Source: Felis catus (taxonomy: Eukaryota). Taken from it: a DNA stretch of 64,000 bases. A program made the position numbers and the translations under genes. Under the pieces are notes generated by a model, which saw nothing but the letters and a program-made list of their open reading frames with translations, had not been told where the DNA came from and searched no databases. The DNA is taken from the NCBI RefSeq assembly GCF_018350175.1, contig NC_058368.1, forward strand, positions 100,876,001 through 100,940,000. The letters run 5' to 3'. Of this stretch, positions 58,715 to 64,000 are shown one piece after another; the stretch's first letter is position 1, and every line of letters starts with the position of its first letter.

Positions 58715-60100
58715 TTAATGTCCCTTTTTTTTCCTCTGGCTGCTTTTCAGATTTTCTGTTTCTTACTGGGTTTAAAGAATTTGGTTATGATTTGCCTTAG
58801 AGTTTTTATTTTTCACATGTTTCTTGTAGTTGGATCCATTGATCTTGTTGGGTCTTTGGGGCTATAGTTTCCATCCAATTTGGAACATTTTTGGTCGTGA
58901 TTTCTTTAAATTCATTTGTCTTTTCCATCAGCCCTGTCTCCTCTCTCTCCTCTTCTGTGGGGACTCCAAGTATACATACATTCTGCTGTTTCAGGATGTT
59001 TCATGGTTTCCTGAAGCTTTGTTTGTTTTTTAGTTTTTTTCCCCTTCTCGTTTTCATTTGGCATAGTTGCTGTTGGTGGATCTTTAAGATCACTTACCTT
59101 TTCTTTTGCTATATCTAATCTGCTGTAAATCCCATCCATTGTATTTTTGTGATAATCACAGACATTGTTGATTTCATCAGTGGGACCCAGACTTGCTGTG
59201 TGTGTTTTTATTATCTTCCATGGATATGGTCAACCTTTCCTTTGGATACTTAAGTGTAAGAAATTACCTTATAATAATGATTTTAATCCGTTTGTCTACT
59301 AATTTTATCATCTTTGTCATTTCTACATCAATTTCTCTTGATTGGTTTTTCTTATTATGATTGTATCTTCCTGCTTCTTTTTGATTGGATGCCAGGCACT
59401 GTAAATTTTATCTTGTTGGGTACTAGTATTTTTATATTCCTAAAAATATTCTTGAGCTTTGTCTTGGCATGTGGTTAAGTTACTTGGAAACAGTTCGTAC
59501 TCTCTAGGCATTGCCTTTAATGTTGTTTTTTGGGATTTTTGTTTGTTTGTTTTATTTGTTTGTTTTTTAATGCTGCACTAAAAGAGCCTTTAGTCTACAG
59601 TTAATTTTGTCCCCTGCTGAGGCAAGACCTTTTTGAGAACTCTAACTAGTGCCTCATGAATTATGAGGTTTTCTACCCTGACGCTTGGGGACAGGCTGTA
59701 TGCCCAGTTGTCTGTCAGCTCTGAGCACTGTGTCTTCCCATCCTTTGGTAAACGTGTCCAATCCCTTGTGTTGGGGAGGATTCAGCTGAATGTTGGAGGG
59801 AGAGACCACTGGCAGGTCACCGGAGTCCTCTCTGTGCACCTCACTCTTGTCCAGCATCCTGTCCTCAGAACTTGCTTCCCCTCACACCCACCAACTGCAC
59901 CCTAACTCAGGGGACCTCAGGGCTCTGTTTGGGGTATCCATAGGGCTCCTTTTTGTTTCTTTTGTGTCTCACTTTTCTTCATTTCCTCATGTCTAATGTC
60001 TTGAGAGCCATCCTTTCCACATATTTTGCCCAGTTTTGAGTTGTTCTACATGGGAGGGTCAATCTACTCCCTGTTACGCCATCTTGAACAGAAGTGGAAA
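58715..60100 (-). mobile_element. Old L1M 5'/ORF1 region
   Basis: Minus-strand peptide DGIYSRLDIAKEKVSDLKD resembles the ORF1p coiled coil; surrounding T-rich sequence is typical. Confidence 0.7.
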
Positions 60101-60138
60101 TCACCCTGCCCTAGACTTTAACTTTAAAAAATTGCGGG

Positions 60139-60271
60139 AGAGGCGCCCGGGTGGCTCAGTCAGTTAAGCGTCTGACTTTGGCTCAGGTCGTGATCTCATG
60201 GTTTGTGACTTCGAGCCCTGTGTTGGGCTCTGTGCTGACAGCTGAGAGCCTGGAGCCTGCTTTGGATTCTG

Positions 60272-60319
<48 letters not shown>

Positions 60320-60400
60320 CCTCACTCGCTTCGGCTCTCTCAAAAGTAAACATTAAAAACAATTTTTTTTTTAATTTTTAAGCAGAAATTAAAAAAAAAA
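60139..60400 (+). mobile_element. Can-SINE with long (CT)n
   Basis: Head, (CT)n and tail. Confidence 0.9.
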
Positions 60401-60479
60401 AAGTCCTTGTCCACCTACTCCTAGTCTGAAATTCCAGAGGCAGCCACATTCACCTTTTTCCTGGTATTTCTCTCCAGAT

Positions 60480-60770
60480 GCTGTAGCTCTCACCTTTCTC
60501 AGAGCATGCTGTCTGAAACAGCACCCTGTTCAGTTGTGTCTCATTACCCTGATGCCTTGTTCTTCACGTGCTTATTTCCTGACTTCACCATATTCATTCA
60601 TGTGTTTATAGTCAGCCTTCCTCCCCAGATGGGCTGTATGTGCCATGAAGCCTGAGCTCCTGTCCCTTTTGTTCACTGCTGAATCCTCAGAGCCTAGAGC
60701 AACCCCTGGGTACATTGTAGCCCCTCAAGCCCCTCAGTAAATATCTGCTAAACACATGAGTGAATCAAAC
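60480..60770 (+). mobile_element. L2 3' end
   Basis: ttgttcactgctgaatcctcagagcctagagca...ctcagtaaatatctgc...atgagtgaat. Confidence 0.7.
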
Positions 60771-60974
60771 AAATCCTGCGCTTTTGCTTTCCCAGCCTCT
60801 GCCTGTGCTGTCCCAACCCTAGAGGCAGGTAACAGCCTTGAGGAGTTTGCCAGGAAAACAAAGCAGGGAAAAAGATTTTCCAGGCAGCAGGGACAACATG
60901 TATCAGAAACTCTTAAAAAAAAGGAGTGGGGTGGGGGGATGCTGCCATGGATTTCAAGAAAATAAGATTAAATA

Positions 60975-61027
60975 CATTTTTTTTAATGTTAATTTTTCAG
61001 AGATAGTTATGCATGCACACACAGACA

Positions 61028-61066
<39 letters not shown>

Positions 61067-61231
61067 GCAAGTGGGGGAAGGGCAGAGAGAGAGGGAGACA
61101 CAGAATCCCACGCAGGCTCCAGGTTCCCAGCTGTCAGCACAGTGCCCGACCCAGGACTCCAACTCACAAACCACAACACCATGACCTGAGCCCACGTCGG
61201 ATGCTCAACTGACTTAGCTACCCAGGCACCC
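60975..61231 (-). mobile_element. Can-SINE with an internal (CA)n (~61029-61064)
   Basis: Antisense copy; flanks aaaataagatt on both sides. Confidence 0.88.
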
Positions 61232-61420
61232 GCAGAAAAATAAGATTTATGACATTGATGCCATTTCTTCACATCATCCTGGAAATTCTGATTAACCAAC
61301 TTCCTTTCCAAGATATTTTCCCAGAATTTAAAAGAAAAACCCCTAACGATATTAGGTATATTGTACGTTTTTTAAATGGCAACATGGTAAAAATATTGGC
61401 GTGAAAATGTACCACACACG

Positions 61421-61458
61421 GTGTCTGTGTGTCTGTGTGTGTGTGTGTGTGTGTGTGT
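61421..61458. repeat. Interrupted (TG)n microsatellite
   Basis: Read directly from the sequence. Confidence 0.9.
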
Positions 61459-61714
61459 ATGTCCACCCGCCCTGCCACCCACCCACACCCTCACGCCCCC
61501 CTGAACTGACTGACTGAAAAGTAACTGTGGAACTTGGTAATGGAGCCATCTGGTCGATAGAAGGGATGACATTCCATGAGGCAGCCACTGTGTGATGTGT
61601 CTTATCCCTGGCCTTCAAGAGGGGTGACCCTGAGGGCTGACCCAGTAGGTTGAGCCTTTCTGAGTCTTCAACACTCTCCTTCTGTGTATCCAGCAGCAAA
61701 CATGCCAATTCAAG

Positions 61715-61908
61715 TGGTATTTTTTGGTTTGGGTGTTCAAATTTTTGTTTACGTGCTGTTTAGTTAACATACAGTGCAATACTGGTTTCAGGAGTAAAAT
61801 ACAGTGATTCATCACTTCCATACAACACCCAGTGCTCATCACAAGTGCCCTCCTTAGTGCCCACCCCCCACCCACCTCCCTCCACCAACCCCTCCGTTCT
61901 TTATCTAC
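61715..61908 (-). mobile_element. Carnivore L1 3' UTR fragment
   Basis: tagttaacatacagtg...tttcagg...catacaacacccagtgctcatcacaagtgccctcc, shared with the 3' UTR of the L1 at 55480-55530. Confidence 0.8.
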
Positions 61909-63571
61909 CATGGTAGGTTTTGCGATGAAGCCTCATGGAACTGGACTCAGAATATAACTTCAATTGTCTCATGCAGTTCAGCAGATGGAAACTACTTTTA
62001 TTGCCTCCACACTGTCCTGCTTTAACTCTGGGACCCGACACTAGAAAGGGATTCTGCATCCTATTAACCAAGCCCGGACATGGGAGCTGTGCTTCTTTTG
62101 TTTGTGTTTCTCAGGGTGTATTCCTCATCGGATTCTTGGCAGCATCTTTGAAGGAAAAGAATTTTCTTTATTGAATTAGTGACCAATTTTTTTTTCTAAA
62201 AAAAAAATATATATATATGAGACTTTGAAGCATATGGATATGTTTTGAGAAGAAAATAGTTTCTATTTTCACTAATTGACCAAAGAAAAGTATATTTGGG
62301 GAGGTTTCCTGAAAAACCAAATGTTAGTATAAAATATTGATTAAATTCATAAATATTTACCATTTGCTTGATAAAAGCACGTTTCTTAAACGGAGTCAAA
62401 GAACAGACGACTTTGTTTCTGATTCGAAGAAGTACAAATATACAAATATTTTATGTTTGGTGATTTAATTTTGTCTTTTCAAATAAGTAATACATATAAG
62501 GTAGAAATACAGAGCCAGAGGGGATCTGAGTTCATAATCACAGCATTGTGACCTCATATTTCATGTGCTACCGTTAAGTAGTTTTCTTTAGGGTTAAAGT
62601 AAGCATGCTTTTAACACTCTTTCGTGTCTTGTGACCTCAAGTTTAGCTTTTTCCAGAAGGGTGACTGAAAGAGGAAATTAGGCTTACTAAGTAATTGAAC
62701 CGTGTTCCTTCATCTTGGTGTTGACCACATCTCGCTCAGCAGAACGGGAGTTCAAGACAAACTCTTGAAAATAACATATCACCTTCTCTTCCATTCTTGC
62801 CAAGCATCCTTCCCCCACCCCACCTTAACATTGTGTTTTCATGAGGATTTCACAATATCTCTCATCCCTTGTTCCCAGTCTTGACCCCAATGACCTAAGA
62901 ATCAAGAAAATGTCATGTTAGTGCCTACTAATTAGCGCACCCAGAGAGCCTTTTCTTCTGGCCTTTCAACCTTCTGGAGGTAGGAACGCAAGCTGTCACT
63001 GGCATCATGCAGGGAAAATGAGCCTTTACTACGTTTTCCCTGTTTTGCAAACAGCGGAATAAGCCCAGCTGAGGCTAGAGATGAATATGCAGCTTAGGAA
63101 GAAATTAACCTAAAATGCACTGCCGTTTGCCTGATTGTCTTCTAGGTGACACAGCATGGCCGGGCGTCGAAATACCCACCCGTAATGGAATGCTCCAGCC
63201 TGCTGTGTCTGCCAGACTCTCACTGTTGTCAGACAATTTGTTTCAATACCATCATACTCATTGGTGAAATAATTTTAAGGGAGGAATGTGCTCTGATTTA
63301 AAAAGTTTAAGGAGCATCCGAATGCATTTAAGTTTCTGTTGTTTTTAGACACGTTACAGGGAGACCTCACTTGGTACTAACTAAAGCATTTGGCTGGAAT
63401 GCTCATTAATCAGTGCTGTTGGACCAGGGTCTCCTGAGCCTTCTGGGTTTTGGGGGCTCAGCTACTGTAATTAAAGGGATGAAATATATCATGGTCACAA
63501 ACTTACCACATCAGACACCTGAGGGGTTTGAACTGGTGGAATTAATCTTTTTTTAAATTTCTTTTCTTTAG

Positions 63572-63655
63572 GTGTTTAAGATAGAAGTACTAATGAATGG
63601 AAGAAAACATTTTGTTGAAAAAAGGTACAGCGAATTTCATGCCTTGCACAAAAAG
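63572..63655 (+). CDS. SNX24: Internal coding exon (probably exon 2) of sorting nexin 24, PX domain; 84 nt, phase 0/0
   Basis: Pyrimidine tract plus TTTAG acceptor ending at 63571 and AAG|GTAACT donor at 63656. Translation [28 protein letters not shown] matches the SNX24 N-terminal PX segment as I recall it, with the PX RYSEF motif. Confidence 0.93.
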
Positions 63656-64000
63656 GTAACTTTTTTTCCCTTTTCCTTGTATGTTAGATGCTGTAAGGTT
63701 AAGACTGTGTTTTCTGTGAGCATTAACAGTTCCTGGACAATACAGTTTCTTTTATCATGACTGAGGTTTTCTTTTAAAATAAATTATTCAGTCCCTTAAA
63801 GGTGTGCTTTTTGAGTAGGTGGGTTTTCTGTTAAGGTCTTTTACATAAATAGATGTGAGGGTGTAAGCTCTTTGGGTGTTATGGGTTCACAAAGAATAAG
63901 ACTGACGCCTTATTTCATCCATGAAATACACTTAATGTGCTTTACAAAAAGGAAAGAAAGAAGCAAATGATGACTTTACAGGGAGAAATTTATTAAAATC
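63656..64000 (+). other. SNX24: Start of the next SNX24 intron
   Basis: Begins with the GTAACT donor directly after the exon. Confidence 0.85.

Larger units (their letters stand above)
1..63571 (+). other. SNX24: Large intron of SNX24 upstream of the coding exon (probably intron 1; the first exon lies left of the window)
   Basis: No exon encoding the recalled SNX24 start (MEVYIPSF...RGYT) and no CpG-island promoter in the window; sequence is repeat-dense up to the acceptor. Confidence 0.75.

Noticed and set aside
2192..61311. Many similar short ORFs (MAQSVKR.TSAQVMIS..., LCADSSEPGACF..., RERQSMNGGGAERE...) resembling a paralogous peptide family
   Set aside because: All are reading frames through Can-SINE copies.
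63656..63760. Extension of the SNX24 ORF (VTFFPFSLY...) in the ORF track
   Set aside because: Read-through into the intron past the GT donor; the listed start M is really GTG (Val) after the acceptor.

Overview
Mammalian genomic DNA, almost certainly a felid (cat-like): it carries about 65 tRNA-Lys-derived carnivore Can-SINEs by manual count (~1 per kb), including the young feline-type subfamily, plus feline-type L1 3' ends. Nearly the whole window (1-63571) looks like one large intron of SNX24 (sorting nexin 24, + strand). The only coding sequence I can support is one 84-nt phase-0/phase-0 exon (63572-63655, [30 protein letters not shown] domain). The rest is a layered record of transposons (MER33, MER5, Tigger2a-type, an MLT1 LTR, L2, MIR, old L1M, younger L1), microsatellites and a 405-nt pure polypyrimidine tract. 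I found no convincing new multi-gene system. The best leads are two candidate intronic exons ending in ATG or ATG-AAG that would join exon 2 in frame, a candidate recursive splice site, near-zero-spacer inverted SINE hairpins, a SINE plus twin-primed L1 composite under one target-site duplication (TSD), and two sites hit repeatedly at the same nick. Repeat family names come from recalled consensus sequences, not a database search; boundaries without TSDs are approximate (+/-10-30 nt).
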